The notes beneath the pieces were generated by a model. That model was not told where the DNA came from. It saw nothing but the letters and a program-made list of their open reading frames with translations, and did no database searches. A stretch of DNA of 64,000 nucleotides, taken from positions 11,564 through 75,563 of the forward strand of contig JAMOVK010000150.1 in the NCBI GenBank assembly GCA_027067775.1, written 5' to 3'. Source of the DNA: Deltaproteobacteria bacterium. Lineage in GTDB: Bacteria; Desulfobacterota; Dissulfuribacteria; Dissulfuribacterales; QOAL01. This document shows positions 1-10,800 of the stretch, in pieces. Position numbers and translations under genes: made by a program. Numbering within the stretch: position 1 is the stretch's first letter; each line of letters opens with the position of its first letter.

Positions 1-1082
1 ACATTGAGCTCTTTTGCCATTGCCTTAAGAGACCTTGAAATTTCAGATATCTCCTGTTCCCTTCTTTCGCTTCCGCTCCTTCCCTGCATGAGTTGCAGGT
101 AGTCTACGATCACCAGACCTATATTCCTGTCACTCTTTAGCCTTCTTGCCTTGGCCCGCATTTCCAGCACAGTCAGAGCCGGGGTGTCGTCTATGAACAA
201 GGGGGCCTTGGAAAGGTTATCAGCGGCACTTATCAACCTTGGCCAATCGTCTCTGCTCAAAAATCCTGTGCGGACCTTATGGGCGTCGACCATGGCCTCG
301 GAACATAGTATCCTGAGAGCCAGCTGTTCCTTAGACATTTCCAACGAGAAGATAGCGGTTGGTATGTTATTATCTACAGCGGCATGCTGCGCTATGTTTA
401 GTGCAAAGGCAGTCTTTCCCATGGAGGGTCTGCCTGCAACGATGATAAGATCGGAAGGCTGAAATCCTGCGGTCAGCTTATCAAGATCTGTAAAGCCCGA
501 CGGTACTCCTGTTACCAGTTCCTTCTTTTGATAGAGGTCGTCTACCTTTTTTATGCTTTCCTTTAGGACGTCCTTGAGACTGTGAAACGACTGCTTGATC
601 TTGACCTGGGAAAGCTCAAAGACGGCACTTTCTGCATATTCCAGAATGTCATCCACATCCTGGGCTTCCTCGTAACACATGGAGGCAATATCAGAACTTT
701 TCTGGATCAGCTTACGCAGAATGGATTTATCTTTGACTATCCTGGCGTAGTAGTCGATGTTAGAGGCAACCGGAACGGTTTCGGTCAGCTCGGCAAGATA
801 GACTGCCCCACCGGCAGCCTCCAGTTGTCCTTTGCGCTTGAGTTCATTGTGTACTGTTACGAGGTCCTGTGGCTCGTTTCTGTCAAAAAGATCAACTATG
901 GCCGCATAGATTATGGAATGGCTCTCTTTGTAGAAATCCTCTGGATCAAGGATTTCTATCACCTTGAGCAGGGCTCCTGCCTCAATAAGTATCCCTCCCA
1001 AAACGCACTGTTCTGCCTCGATGCTTTGAGGAGGGACCCTGAATTGATCCGGCCTTAGCCGTTTTATTTTAGCACTCTTCAC
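1..1082 (-). CDS. dnaB: Replicative DNA helicase DnaB (3' end runs off the left edge)
   Basis: Absent from the ORF track because it has no stop in the window. My minus-strand translation from GTG at 1080-1082 reads VKSAKIKRLRPDQFRVPPQSIEAEQCVLGGILIEAGALLKV...GRPSMGKTAFALNIAQHAA...FSLEMSKEQLALRIL...VIVDYLQLMQG. This shows the DnaB N-terminal motif, Walker A and the RecA-like core. It lies 14 nt downstream of rplI, the usual synteny. Confidence 0.9.
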   Translation of the reverse strand, partial: MKSAKIKRLRPDQFRVPPQSIEAEQCVLGGILIEAGALLKVIEILDPEDFYKESHSIIYAAIVDLFDRNEPQDLVTVHNELKRKGQLEAAGGAVYLAELTETVPVASNIDYYARIVKDKSILRKLIQKSSDIASMCYEEAQDVDDILEYAESAVFELSQVKIKQSFHSLKDVLKESIKKVDDLYQKKELVTGVPSGFTDLDKLTAGFQPSDLIIVAGRPSMGKTAFALNIAQHAAVDNNIPTAIFSLEMSKEQLALRILCSEAMVDAHKVRTGFLSRDDWPRLISAADNLSKAPLFIDDTPALTVLEMRAKARRLKSDRNIGLVIVDYLQLMQGRSGSERREQEISEISRSLKAMAKELN

Positions 1083-1096
1083 GCCTTTTTTCTTGA

Positions 1097-1540
1097 TCAA
1101 GCCGCAACGACTTTTACATTGACAGTTGCAGTAACATCAGGGCTCAATTTTATGGGAACCTCATACTCTCCCAGAGCCTTGATGGGTTCTGAAAGCAGTA
1201 TCTTTTTTCTATCAACCTGATAGCCTCTTTCTTCTATGGCCTTGGCAATATCCATAGAAGTCACAGAGCCGTAAAGCTTTTCCTCTTCTCCAACCTTGAC
1301 GGGTATCTCCAGCTCAAGCTTTGCAAGCTGCTCTGCCAATGCCTCAAACTCCTGCCTCATTTTGGCAGCTCTTTCAAGTATTGCAGCGCGCTGCTTCTCA
1401 ATCTGGACAAGATTCTTTTTATTGGCAACGATGGCTATCCCCTTGGGAATCAAATAATTTCTTGCATAACCGTCAGAGACCTTGACAATGTCGCCTGCCT
1501 TACCAAGGCTTTCTATACTCTCATTTAAGATCACTTCCAT
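1097..1540 (-). CDS. rplI: 50S ribosomal protein L9
   Basis: 147 aa. MEVILNESIESLGKAGDIVKVSDGYARNYLIPKGIA is the classic L9 N-terminus. Sits in rpsF-rpsR-rplI-dnaB synteny. Confidence 0.92.
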   Translation of the reverse strand: MEVILNESIESLGKAGDIVKVSDGYARNYLIPKGIAIVANKKNLVQIEKQRAAILERAAKMRQEFEALAEQLAKLELEIPVKVGEEEKLYGSVTSMDIAKAIEERGYQVDRKKILLSEPIKALGEYEVPIKLSPDVTATVNVKVVAA

Positions 1541-1603
1541 AATTGTTGTCCTCCAAAACCTGTGATTGGATCTTTTAAAAAAATATGACTTTTGATCCAG
1601 GCC

Positions 1604-2596
1604 TTAGTCCTGGTCTTTTTTTTCAGGTGTTATCCTTTTTTCAATACGTGTTCTAAAATCAAACCAGTTATCCATCAGGCCAGTAAATACTACAAGCAGC
1701 AAACCATACCATTGGATACCTATCAGGGCATACACAAGATAACGGATATATATCGGGGTATCCATCACTTTAAAGAAAAATTTCATGATAGAAAAGCCCT
1801 GAATGAGATAAAGAACGCAAAGTACAAGAACCCCATTTCGGCCAATGACAGGCCAGATACCTTCTGGAACAACTGCCATGAATCCAAACAGGATAAAGGC
1901 CCATACAAGCCACCAGGGCAGGCGCCATCTGTCGAATTCCGGTTCCAGATTACATTCCCGCCCTTTTATGCTGTTTAATTTGGTAAAGGTGATGGTATTG
2001 GCAAAACCCAAAAAGACAAAAAAGGAACATACAATGCCAGGGAAATAGGCCACAAGTGTTTCTCTTATGCTGATTATGAGTTGGTCCAGTTGAGCAGGCA
2101 GAGGGCCGTTGGAATTTTTTTTGTAAAGTTCGACTGCCTTGTCATACTCGTTTGTCATTGCAGTGATCATCTTCGTGTAAATCTCTTGAATATTCCAACC
2201 CGATGCGACCACCATTACAATGATGGACATACAGATGACAGACAGTGTCAGGACCAAGAAGGTTTCTGGTGCCTCAACCCTTTTCCAGACAGCAATAAGA
2301 AGGCCACCACAAATTACCGAGGCCTGGGCAAGGATTAGCGTAGAGGCGACCATGCCGGTTACCAAAAAGATTATGCTGCCAGCTATATAGACAGCAAGTA
2401 AGATTGCAAGGTTCCTGCGAAAGGAACAAGTGTTCAGAAAGGCCGCTGCCGCTCCTGGCATGAAAAACTGTAAAATGGAATTTAATTCAGGTAGTAGGCA
2501 AGGAATTATAAGAGCCCCTACGGCCGCTATGCTATCCTTTAGAGGTATTCTCGCCCTGTGACCTTGTGTACTAGGAATGTTCACGCCATCAGGCAA
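1604..2596 (-). CDS. Polytopic membrane protein, DUF2232-like (commonly found between rpsR and rplI)
   Basis: 330 aa with many hydrophobic helices. The position between rpsR and rplI is typical of the DUF2232/YybS family (recollection). The track start is TTG at 2596, and a GTG at 2584 is an alternative start. Confidence 0.6.
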   Translation of the reverse strand: MPDGVNIPSTQGHRARIPLKDSIAAVGALIIPCLLPELNSILQFFMPGAAAAFLNTCSFRRNLAILLAVYIAGSIIFLVTGMVASTLILAQASVICGGLLIAVWKRVEAPETFLVLTLSVICMSIIVMVVASGWNIQEIYTKMITAMTNEYDKAVELYKKNSNGPLPAQLDQLIISIRETLVAYFPGIVCSFFVFLGFANTITFTKLNSIKGRECNLEPEFDRWRLPWWLVWAFILFGFMAVVPEGIWPVIGRNGVLVLCVLYLIQGFSIMKFFFKVMDTPIYIRYLVYALIGIQWYGLLLVVFTGLMDNWFDFRTRIEKRITPEKKDQD

Positions 2597-2598
2597 TA

Positions 2599-2862
2599 TT
2601 ATTCAATTGCATGACCAGATGTAAAGGGTAGAAGTGCCATTATCCTGGCCTTTTTAATAGCGTTCGTTAGTCTGCGCTGATGTTTTGCGCATGTGCCTGT
2701 TACACGCCTGGGCAGGATTTTACCCCGTTCGGTTATGAAGGCTTTCAAAAGGTCTGGTTGCTTATAGTCCGCAACCAGGGATTTGTCTGCACAAAACCTG
2801 CAAATCTTTCTCCTTACGTATATTCTGCGACGTTTATACCTGTTTTGCTGTGGACGTTGCAT
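2599..2862 (-). CDS. rpsR: 30S ribosomal protein S18
   Basis: 87 aa. RRKICRFC motif and [37 protein letters not shown]. The ATG directly abuts the rpsF stop. Confidence 0.93.
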   Translation of the reverse strand: MQRPQQNRYKRRRIYVRRKICRFCADKSLVADYKQPDLLKAFITERGKILPRRVTGTCAKHQRRLTNAIKKARIMALLPFTSGHAIE

Positions 2863-3261
2863 CTAGTCCTCCTTCTGTTCTTGGTCGACCTCTGAGGTTT
2901 CAGCCTGCTCCTGGGACTCTTTGGTCTCTTTTTGAGCGTATTTTTTGGCTGCCTCTTCAGGATCGAATTCATCATCAAGTTTAGTTGTCATAAACTTCAT
3001 AACACGTTCGTCAAGTCTGAAGTTTCTGGTCAACTCTTCAATGGCACTGCCAGGAGCACCAAAATCCATTACCACATAGTATCCTTGGGTCTGTTTCTGG
3101 ACTTTGTATGCTAACTTCTTCAGGGGCCACTGGTCAATGTTGACTATCTGTCCCTGATCGTCTTTGATGATGGAAGAAAATTTCTCAACTGCTGTTTCCC
3201 TTTCCTCATTGCTGAGTTCAGGGTGAAGAAGGAAAATGGTTTCATAGTGATGCAATTTCAT
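2863..3261 (-). CDS. rpsF: 30S ribosomal protein S6 with acidic C-terminal tail
   Basis: 132 aa. MKLHHYETIFLLHPELS is the S6 signature. Acidic tail. No ssb lies between rpsF and rpsR. Confidence 0.92.
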   Translation of the reverse strand: MKLHHYETIFLLHPELSNEERETAVEKFSSIIKDDQGQIVNIDQWPLKKLAYKVQKQTQGYYVVMDFGAPGSAIEELTRNFRLDERVMKFMTTKLDDEFDPEEAAKKYAQKETKESQEQAETSEVDQEQKED

Positions 3262-3320
3262 AAAATTGCCCCCTTTCGGTCAAATCTCTGGCCCTGAAAA
3301 TCAGGGCAAGGAGGAGTTGA
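3262..3320 (-). promoter_or_regulatory. Structured rpsF 5' leader, a possible S6:S18 autoregulatory element
   Basis: On the minus-strand RNA, CCUCCUU (3308-3314) can pair with the SD AAGGGGG (3269-3275). These enclose a perfect 7-bp hairpin GCCCUGA-UUU-UCAGGGC (3291-3307) and a GACCG segment. The identity as the S6:S18-binding leader is inference. Confidence 0.3.
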
Positions 3321-3527
3321 ATAAGCCTTTTAAAACCATAATCTGCAAAAAGTCAAGGAGCTTTCGTTTTTTAACCCCTTTGTCTTGCACTAAAGTTTTT
3401 ATGTAACTATTTTAATTCCAAACAAAATCAAAAACTTCTGATTTTTTAATTAATAAATTTTTGCTTTATCTGATTATCGTTTATTGTAGTGGCAGGTTGG
3501 GAATTTTTTCATGAAAGGGAATCAAAT

Positions 3528-3962
3528 ATGCCGGTAATAAAAATAGCTGTTTCTAAAGAGATTGATCAAATAGGCAGGGAATTTAAAGAGATAATGGACG
3601 AGTTGTTCAGGATTCCCTATGGAGCTATTACGGCAAGCGGAAGCTGGATTCCAGCAATAGATATCTACGCTGATTCGACATCTGTTTATCTGGTTGCAGA
3701 TCTGGCGGGAGTGGACTCAAACAGTCTCGAGCTTGTCTTGGAAGGGCAGTTTCTACGAATGTCAGGAGATAGGAAACCGCCTTTAAAGATAAAGGAGAAA
3801 CGGTTTTTCCAGATGGAGGTGGAATATGGTCCGTTTGAAAGGATTGTCCGGATTCCACTTCCCATAGATGCAGAACAGATCAATGCTAGAATGGAAAATG
3901 GATTGCTGCTTGTGCGTTTTAACAAGAAAGGAACTGATCGGATGCAAATCAAGATTAGATAA
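3528..3962 (+). CDS. Hsp20/alpha-crystallin family small heat-shock protein
   Basis: Alpha-crystallin-like core (WIPAIDIYADSTSVYLVADLAGV...FERIVRIPLPIDAEQINARMENGLLLVRF). I prefer ATG 3528 with AAAGGGA upstream over the track's GTG at 3489. Confidence 0.85.
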   Translation: MPVIKIAVSKEIDQIGREFKEIMDELFRIPYGAITASGSWIPAIDIYADSTSVYLVADLAGVDSNSLELVLEGQFLRMSGDRKPPLKIKEKRFFQMEVEYGPFERIVRIPLPIDAEQINARMENGLLLVRFNKKGTDRMQIKIR

Positions 3963-3990
3963 GTAGTAGACATAAACCAGGAGCGACCAT

Positions 3991-6420
3991 ATGAGCGGTA
4001 ACAACAATAGCGACCATAAAGAAATAGGGATACAGAATACCCAACAGTTTAAGGAACAGCATCAAAATACCATTAGGGAGCTTCCAATACTTCCTAGCAA
4101 GGATGTGGTGTTATTTCCCCATATGGTAGTCCCGTGGGTTGTAGAGCCGCCTGGCCTTGTAAAAATGATAGATGATGCCCTTGCGGCAGATAGGACCATA
4201 GCGGTGGTATTTGTGGAAGGTCCCATGGAGTCTGAGGAAGAGATTCCCAAAAAACTTCATAAAATAGGGACCATGGGTTTGATTCTCAGGATGGCCAAAA
4301 ATGAACAGGGACATGCACGACTTGTTGTCCAGGGAATTACCAGGGTAAGGATAAAAGAAATCACGGCTACCACCCCATACATAAAGGCAAAGGTAGAGGC
4401 TGTACAGGATAAAGTAACGCCGAGCATGGCTCTTGAGGCCATGGTGGTCAACATTAGGCAGGCCTTTTCTAAAGTTCTTGATCTGTCTCCAAACCTGCCA
4501 AGTGAACTTCGTTCAATAATTTTAAATATAGATGACCCCGGGGTATTGGCTGATGTGGTCATTAGTCATCTAAATATTTCTCCTGCGCAGAAGCAGGAAA
4601 TCCTTGAAGAGCTGGATGTGATGAAAAGGCTGGAGAAGGCCCTGAAGATTCTGTCTGAGCAACTGGAGATCCTGGAACTAGGACACAAAATACAGACCCA
4701 AGTCAGGGATCAGGTAGACAAAAGTCAAAGAGAATACTTTCTCAGGGAGCAGTTAAAGGCTATTAAAAAAGAACTGGGAGAGTCTGAAGGGCAGCCTGAT
4801 GAAATTGAAGAGTTGAGACAAAAGCTCAAGGCAAAAAAACTCCCAGAAGACGCAAGAAAGGAGGCGGAGCGGGAACTTGAAAGGCTGTCGCGCATGCATC
4901 CGTCTTCATCAGAATACACTGTGGCCAGGACGTATTTGGACTGGATACTCGAACTTCCCTGGAATGAATCCACCAAGGACAACCTTGATCTTGACAGGGC
5001 GGAAAGGATCCTCAATGAAGACCATTATGATCTAGAGAAGATCAAAAAGAGAATCATAGAGTATCTTGCAGTAAGAAAGCTCAAGCCTGATGCCAAAGGT
5101 CCTATTCTTTGTTTTGTTGGTCCACCGGGAACTGGAAAAACCTCTCTTGGAAAGTCTATTGCAAGGGCTATTGGCAGAAAGTTCTATAGGATTGCACTGG
5201 GCGGCGTCAGGGACGAGGCAGAAATACGTGGCCATCGCCGGACCTATATTGGTGCAATGCCAGGCCGTATTATTCAGGGACTTAGAAAGGTTGGAGTGAA
5301 CAATCCGGTGATGATGCTGGATGAAATCGACAAGATAGGTACGGATTTTAGAGGTGATCCCGCTTCGGCATTGCTTGAGGTGCTGGATCCTGAACAGAAC
5401 TCCAAGTTTACCGACCACTATCTGGGCGTGGAGTTTGATCTTTCCAAAATAATTTTTATTGCTACAGCGAATGTGCTCGAGACCATTCCAGCGCCCTTGC
5501 TTGACAGGATGGAGATCCTGGAATTGTCCGGATATACCCTTGAAGACAAGATCGAGATTGCAAGGCGTTATCTTATTCCACGGCAGCTGGAAGCCCATGG
5601 TCTTACCCGGAAAAATCTTACTATTGAAAAAAGGGCATTGGTAAGGATTATTACCGAATATACACGTGAGGCCGGTGTCAGGAATCTAGAGCGCCAAATA
5701 GGTTCCATCTGCAGGGCAGTGGCCAGGATGGTTGCCCAGGGCCATGACGAAAAGGTAAGGGTCAAGGTCAGGAATCTGGAGGAGTTTTTGGGTAAACCCA
5801 GATATCTTCCTGATGTGGCGGAGCGTACATCTATTCCAGGGGTGGCCACTGGACTGGCATGGACTCCTGTTGGTGGTGACATCTTATTTATAGAGGCAAC
5901 CAAGATGCCTGGCACTGGTAAACTTACCTTAACAGGGCAGTTGGGTGATGTAATGAAAGAGTCTGCTCAAACAGCCTTAAGCTACGTCAAGTCCAAGGCA
6001 TGCACCTATGGAATCGCCGAAGAAGTGTTCAAAACCGAGGACATTCATGTTCACGTGCCTGCTGGAGCCATTCCAAAGGATGGGCCTTCAGCTGGTATCA
6101 CCATTGCCATAGCCCTTATATCTCTATTTACTGATAAACCGGTCAGGCCAGATGTTGCAATGACCGGAGAAATAACCTTAAGAGGGCTGGTGCTTCCTGT
6201 TGGTGGTATAAAGGAGAAGGTCTTGGCGGCTCACAGGGCCGGTATCAAAGAGGTGATTTTGCCAAAAAGAAACAGTGTTGATCTTGACGAGCTGCCAGAA
6301 CAGATACGCCAGCAGCTCAAGTTTCACCTGGTGTCTAAGATCGACCAGGCTGTTAAGATCGCCTTCAGGAAGGTTCGTCGTAAAAAGCGAACAGTTAAAT
6401 CTCCAAGATGTACCACGTAA
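3991..6420 (+). CDS. lon: ATP-dependent Lon protease
   Basis: 809 aa. Lon N-domain ([18 protein letters not shown]), Walker [16 protein letters not shown], protease site KDGPSAGIT. Confidence 0.96.
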   Translation: MSGNNNSDHKEIGIQNTQQFKEQHQNTIRELPILPSKDVVLFPHMVVPWVVEPPGLVKMIDDALAADRTIAVVFVEGPMESEEEIPKKLHKIGTMGLILRMAKNEQGHARLVVQGITRVRIKEITATTPYIKAKVEAVQDKVTPSMALEAMVVNIRQAFSKVLDLSPNLPSELRSIILNIDDPGVLADVVISHLNISPAQKQEILEELDVMKRLEKALKILSEQLEILELGHKIQTQVRDQVDKSQREYFLREQLKAIKKELGESEGQPDEIEELRQKLKAKKLPEDARKEAERELERLSRMHPSSSEYTVARTYLDWILELPWNESTKDNLDLDRAERILNEDHYDLEKIKKRIIEYLAVRKLKPDAKGPILCFVGPPGTGKTSLGKSIARAIGRKFYRIALGGVRDEAEIRGHRRTYIGAMPGRIIQGLRKVGVNNPVMMLDEIDKIGTDFRGDPASALLEVLDPEQNSKFTDHYLGVEFDLSKIIFIATANVLETIPAPLLDRMEILELSGYTLEDKIEIARRYLIPRQLEAHGLTRKNLTIEKRALVRIITEYTREAGVRNLERQIGSICRAVARMVAQGHDEKVRVKVRNLEEFLGKPRYLPDVAERTSIPGVATGLAWTPVGGDILFIEATKMPGTGKLTLTGQLGDVMKESAQTALSYVKSKACTYGIAEEVFKTEDIHVHVPAGAIPKDGPSAGITIAIALISLFTDKPVRPDVAMTGEITLRGLVLPVGGIKEKVLAAHRAGIKEVILPKRNSVDLDELPEQIRQQLKFHLVSKIDQAVKIAFRKVRRKKRTVKSPRCTT

Positions 6421-6450
6421 CGATTTTCATAAACGGCAAAGGAGGAACTG

Positions 6451-6957
6451 ATGCGTATTTTATTCATTACAGAGTCCGGGTTTGAAGATACAGAACTGAT
6501 TTGCCCAAAATACAGGCTGGAAGAAGAAGATTTTCAGGTGGATATTGCTGCTCCAGACTGGGGAGAGGTCAAGGGTAAGAGAGGATATACAGTAAGTGCC
6601 AACCTTGAGATAGGTGAGGCAGAGCCTGAAGCCTTTGACGCACTGTTTATACCTGGAGGGAAGGCTGCAGAAAAACTTGCTATGCACGATTCGGTAATAG
6701 AATTTGTCAAGAAATTTGGCCAACTCGACAGGCCAATTGCAGCTATCTGTCACGGCCCCTTGGTACTTGCTGCTGCAGGAATCCTCAAGGGCAGGAGGGC
6801 GACCTGTTACTACAAGGTTTCTTACAAGTTGGAAGAAGCGGGTGCCGTGTTTGAAGATAGTCCTGTGGTTGTAGACGGCAAAATAATAACAGCAAGGCAA
6901 CCCAGCGATTTACCGAAGTTTATGAAAGAAGTAATAAAGGTGTTCAAGGCCCAATAG
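6451..6957 (+). CDS. DJ-1/PfpI family protein (type 1 glutamine amidotransferase-like)
   Basis: 168 aa. Nucleophile elbow AAICHGPLVLAAAG and FIPGG motif, as in PfpI/DJ-1. Confidence 0.85.
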   Translation: MRILFITESGFEDTELICPKYRLEEEDFQVDIAAPDWGEVKGKRGYTVSANLEIGEAEPEAFDALFIPGGKAAEKLAMHDSVIEFVKKFGQLDRPIAAICHGPLVLAAAGILKGRRATCYYKVSYKLEEAGAVFEDSPVVVDGKIITARQPSDLPKFMKEVIKVFKAQ

Positions 6958-6977
6958 CCTGATTTAAACCGGTGCAG

Positions 6978-7436
6978 TTAGGAATTGTTTTGTCTTGCTG
7001 CCACACGGTCGTCTCTTTCACGCATCAACCAATAGACTAGGCCGAGAGAGAGCAGTACTGCCGACAGGGAAAATATGGTCATAGGAGACATGGCCTTAGT
7101 GTCAAGGATTATCATTTTTCTACTTATGGCCAGAATGGCAATCAGCAACACTGTTTTGACCTGAACAATGCTTTGGTTCTTTTCAATGACTTTCACAATA
7201 GAATGTTTAAATTCAAGTGCTATGAGAAGAATCATAATCATGCCGAAAATGGTCTTGAATGCCTTGTGATCTAGGGGGTCAACACCATGGGTCACCAGTA
7301 GATGAAACAGGTGAAATCCTAGCTTGTAAAGGGCGCAGAGAATAACCAGCGCCACTACAAATGACAGGGTGACGCAGACCATCTTTTCGAACTTTTCATA
7401 CCACCCCAAAAGCTGCCATTCTTCTCTGAAATTCAT
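6978..7436 (-). CDS. PsiE-like (phosphate-starvation-inducible E family) membrane protein
   Basis: Four predicted TM helices. LIALEFKHS and IAILAISRKMIILD resemble E. coli PsiE segments (recollection). I prefer ATG 7436 preceded by AGGAGGA rather than the track start at 7499. Confidence 0.55.
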   Translation of the reverse strand: MNFREEWQLLGWYEKFEKMVCVTLSFVVALVILCALYKLGFHLFHLLVTHGVDPLDHKAFKTIFGMIMILLIALEFKHSIVKVIEKNQSIVQVKTVLLIAILAISRKMIILDTKAMSPMTIFSLSAVLLSLGLVYWLMRERDDRVAARQNNS

Positions 7437-7560
7437 GGTGTTTTCCTCCTTGTAATATAGCCTTTTTTTATAGCCAATATGATAAGGCAAAAAGTACAAT
7501 ACTCAAGAAAACATCCTTGAAAATTGTCTGGCCTTCTGAAACAGGGCTTGGGAGCTTGTT

Positions 7561-7812
7561 ATGAAAGATATGGTTACGATGGTGCTTTTTATTCTGTTTG
7601 TTTTTACAGTTTCTGGCTGCATTAGATTAAATGAAAATGAAAAACTTATAAAGAAGAGGTGTACAAGGTGTCACTCAACCAAGAGAATATACGCAGAGAG
7701 AAGGGCTAAAGATGAGTGGAACGGTATTGTTGAACGCATGATGCGCCATGGGGCAAAGCTGTCCCGGCAGGAGAAGGGGCATATTATAGACTATCTTGCC
7801 AGTAAAAAATAA
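7561..7812 (+). CDS. Small monoheme c-type cytochrome lipoprotein
   Basis: 83 aa. Lipobox FTVSGC, a single CTRCH heme motif, then W..IVERM..HG...YL, resembling the small heme-binding module of quinohemoprotein amine dehydrogenase alpha subunit (recollection). Confidence 0.6.
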   Translation: MKDMVTMVLFILFVFTVSGCIRLNENEKLIKKRCTRCHSTKRIYAERRAKDEWNGIVERMMRHGAKLSRQEKGHIIDYLASKK

Positions 7813-7835
7813 AAAGGGCGGGTTGCCCCGCCCTT
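7803..7835 (-). terminator. Intrinsic terminator for the minus-strand cytochrome operon
   Basis: GGGCGGG-ttgc-CCCGCCC hairpin (7816-7833). Read on the minus strand it is followed by UUUUUAUUUUUU. The U-tract overlaps the last codons of the plus-strand small cytochrome gene. Confidence 0.6.
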
Positions 7836-7866
7836 AACTATACGGATCGTTTTAAAAAACAGCAGT

Positions 7867-10800
7867 CTAGTCCTTCATGAAAGGCTGCCACTGTTCACCG
7901 TTGGGTCCAAGCAGGAACTGGGTATTTACCGCAGCAAACTCTCCTGCATGGTTGACCTTTACAATCACGTATGCACCTGTTTGCTCAAGGATTTTGGCAC
8001 TCTTATCCCTGACAAAAGATGTCCTTCCCGCGGTTTTCGTAACGATTGTCGGATTGGCTCCGCTGTATGGGAGCTTTATAATCATGGATTCATGAACATC
8101 CTCGTTAAAGCCAAGCTTGAGAACATACCCTTCTGCCATGCCTTCCCCTTCTAGGTAAAGCGGTTCTGCAGAAGGCTGGAAACCACATTCTGCTATCTCA
8201 GGCTTTAGATGGGCCGGTATGTAAAAGTAGAGTTTTTGACTCCAAGGACTGTTCACAACCTGGCGTACGTATGTGGCCTCCCTTTCTTCTGGAGTAAGAA
8301 GTGCCGGATCAATCTCGTCGATCTCATCTCCTTTTACACTGCCTTCTGCAACCATATAGAACAATTCTTCAGCATGGTGCTTGCTAAGGGCCAATACATC
8401 CTCCTGCTTGGCTCCCAGGAATGAAAGGCCGTTTGCCTGAACAGGTTCTATATAGGCAACCTCTCCATCTACCACAAAGAGCCCGTTTGGATTGTTAAGC
8501 ACCATGCCTGCCCTCTTCATCCAGATAGGGGCATCTTCCGGTACAGCTTGAGGATCATATTTGAGAAGCCTGTTCTCTTCTGTAAAGAAAGGGGGTGCCC
8601 ATGGAGCAAAGGTAACAATACGGTCTGTAACCCTGTGTGCACCAGGTTCTTTAGAGGCATCTCCATGACAGTCGTAGCATGACTTGGCACCAAGGGCCTT
8701 CCGAGCTGGTTGTACTCCATGGGAGTCAGAGAAGTAGTGAGCAGCCATAAAGATGACGGGCATTGGGTTGGTTTCTCCCTCTGCCTTTAGCACCTTTATT
8801 AGTGCCTCTTGCATGGCCTTAACGTCCTCTGGCCACCAGAGATCCGGATACATATCTCCTGTGTGATCAAAAATCACATAGCCACTATCCCTAAGCACAA
8901 TCTTGCCAACATTTGGATTCTGGGCAAATGTTGGATCGTTTGGCGGTATCATGGCAAGAGTCATGGGATCAATCCTGCCAAGTTGGACAGGTGGGAAAAA
9001 GGATCTGATAGCAGCGTTAATCTCCTTCAGATAAAGGACCTTTGCACCATTATAGGCAATATCACTCATGTCATGATCGGGTTGTGGGTTTACATCTACC
9101 CATGTCATGATGGTGATTGGATTGCCTATGACTATTTGTGGATAGCCATTTGTTCCATTGGCCCAGTAAAGCGGAGGATATACCTCGTTGTCATACTTTG
9201 GATCAAAGTTTAGAGGCACACCCATCTGCTGATATTGCATTAAACTCACCTGATAAAAGTACTTCCAGAAATCAAATGCAAAGTTTGTTGGCATGCCGTT
9301 TACAAGCAGCCCCGGATCTGCTGAACCGTTCATGTTAAAGTAGTCCACCATCTGTGAAACAAAGTCCATGGGTATGATGCCATTTCCGTCAGCATCTATG
9401 TGTTGCGCAACCATGTGGAAATGGGGAATTCCATAGCCTGGAGAAGTCCCATAGACTGGCGAGAGGGCATAGGGGCCTGGGAAGGCCATCATTGATCCGT
9501 CGCCGCCAGGAAGGATGTTGTAACCAAAACGGTTGTCAAAGTTGCCATAGTAACCAAGGGTGTCATCAAACATTCTGAAGCGCCATGTCCGTTTATAGGG
9601 TACATGGCAGGTCTGACAGGCTATCTCTGCCATGTGACGCCCGGTGTTTTCGCCAAACTTTTCCTCATGTGCTGAGGTAGGATTTGGAGCCTCTGGATCT
9701 CCACCAAGATGGCAACTTTCACAGCTTTTGGGCTTGGGGTTGTTGTCCAGGTCATTTCTGACCATATGGGCTGTGTCTGTACCTTTTTTGAAGTTGTGTT
9801 TGTCTTCGAGATTTCCGGATTCTGTCAAATGACATGAACCACACCCCATCTTTTTGCGTGACATGTGGACATCAAAGCCAGGGGCTTCCTCGTTGTCTGT
9901 CCAGTTGACAAACTGTCCGTTTTTGACCCAGTCGGCCGGCATGCCAAGATTGTAAAGCCTGGCCCTTGTCCACTCGCTGTTTCCATGGTCCTGGGTCATT
10001 ACATGGCACTGGCCACAGACCTTTACCCATTTGTAGGAGTTGATGTCGCTACTGCCACCAAACATGTCCATATGAATGGACCCGTCTCCAAGGTCAGAGA
10101 CGTTCCAATATACCTTGGCATCCCAGTCGTTACCATTTTTGACTAGCTGTATGTAGGTGATAGGTGCGCCATCCTGATTAAAATCAAGTCCCATCAGCTG
10201 CGCTGTTGGCATAAGATAGAAGAAGCTTGGCAGATAGTTATGCAGTGTAGGCATTACTGCACTTGGCGGAATGACTCCATTTTGTAGATCTGTCATTACC
10301 TTGGCTAGATCAGGCTGCCCATTGGGTTTCATGTAGGAGGGATCACCCTGCATATATTTTTGAATGGCAAACATGGTTGCTCCCCAGCCAATTCCTACCA
10401 TTCCGGAATAGGGGATGCCGTCCTTGTCACCTTCTATAAGCGGAGCGCGTACATAATCCCTAACGGTAGCGTCAGGGCTGTCCCAATCAGTGTAGAATTT
10501 GCCCCTTTCATAGGCGCGCAGAGCTACTGGTATAGGAAGAAGGTTTCCCATCTGATCCTTAATCTGATAGGCATAGATGAATTCGTTAAAGAACATGGCC
10601 ATCATCTGCTCCATGGTGGTCTTTGGAGGCACAAGGTGATTGTTCTTTAGGTAGCTCAGAAAGCCCTGAAACATCTGCATAAGGGCATCCCGAGAGGCCA
10701 TAAGCCTCTGCATTTCGTCAGCAGGTCCATTTGGATTGGCACAGTATTCTGGCTTTATTCCCTGTGGCCCCCAGATCTTTTGCACATTCTCTCCATACAG

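Noticed and set aside
151-1058. Plus-strand ORFs 151..462 (103 aa) and 582..1058 (158 aa)
   Set aside because: They are shadow frames. The minus strand here encodes an unmistakable DnaB (Walker A GRPSMGKT, DnaB N-domain), which the track missed because the gene runs off the window edge.
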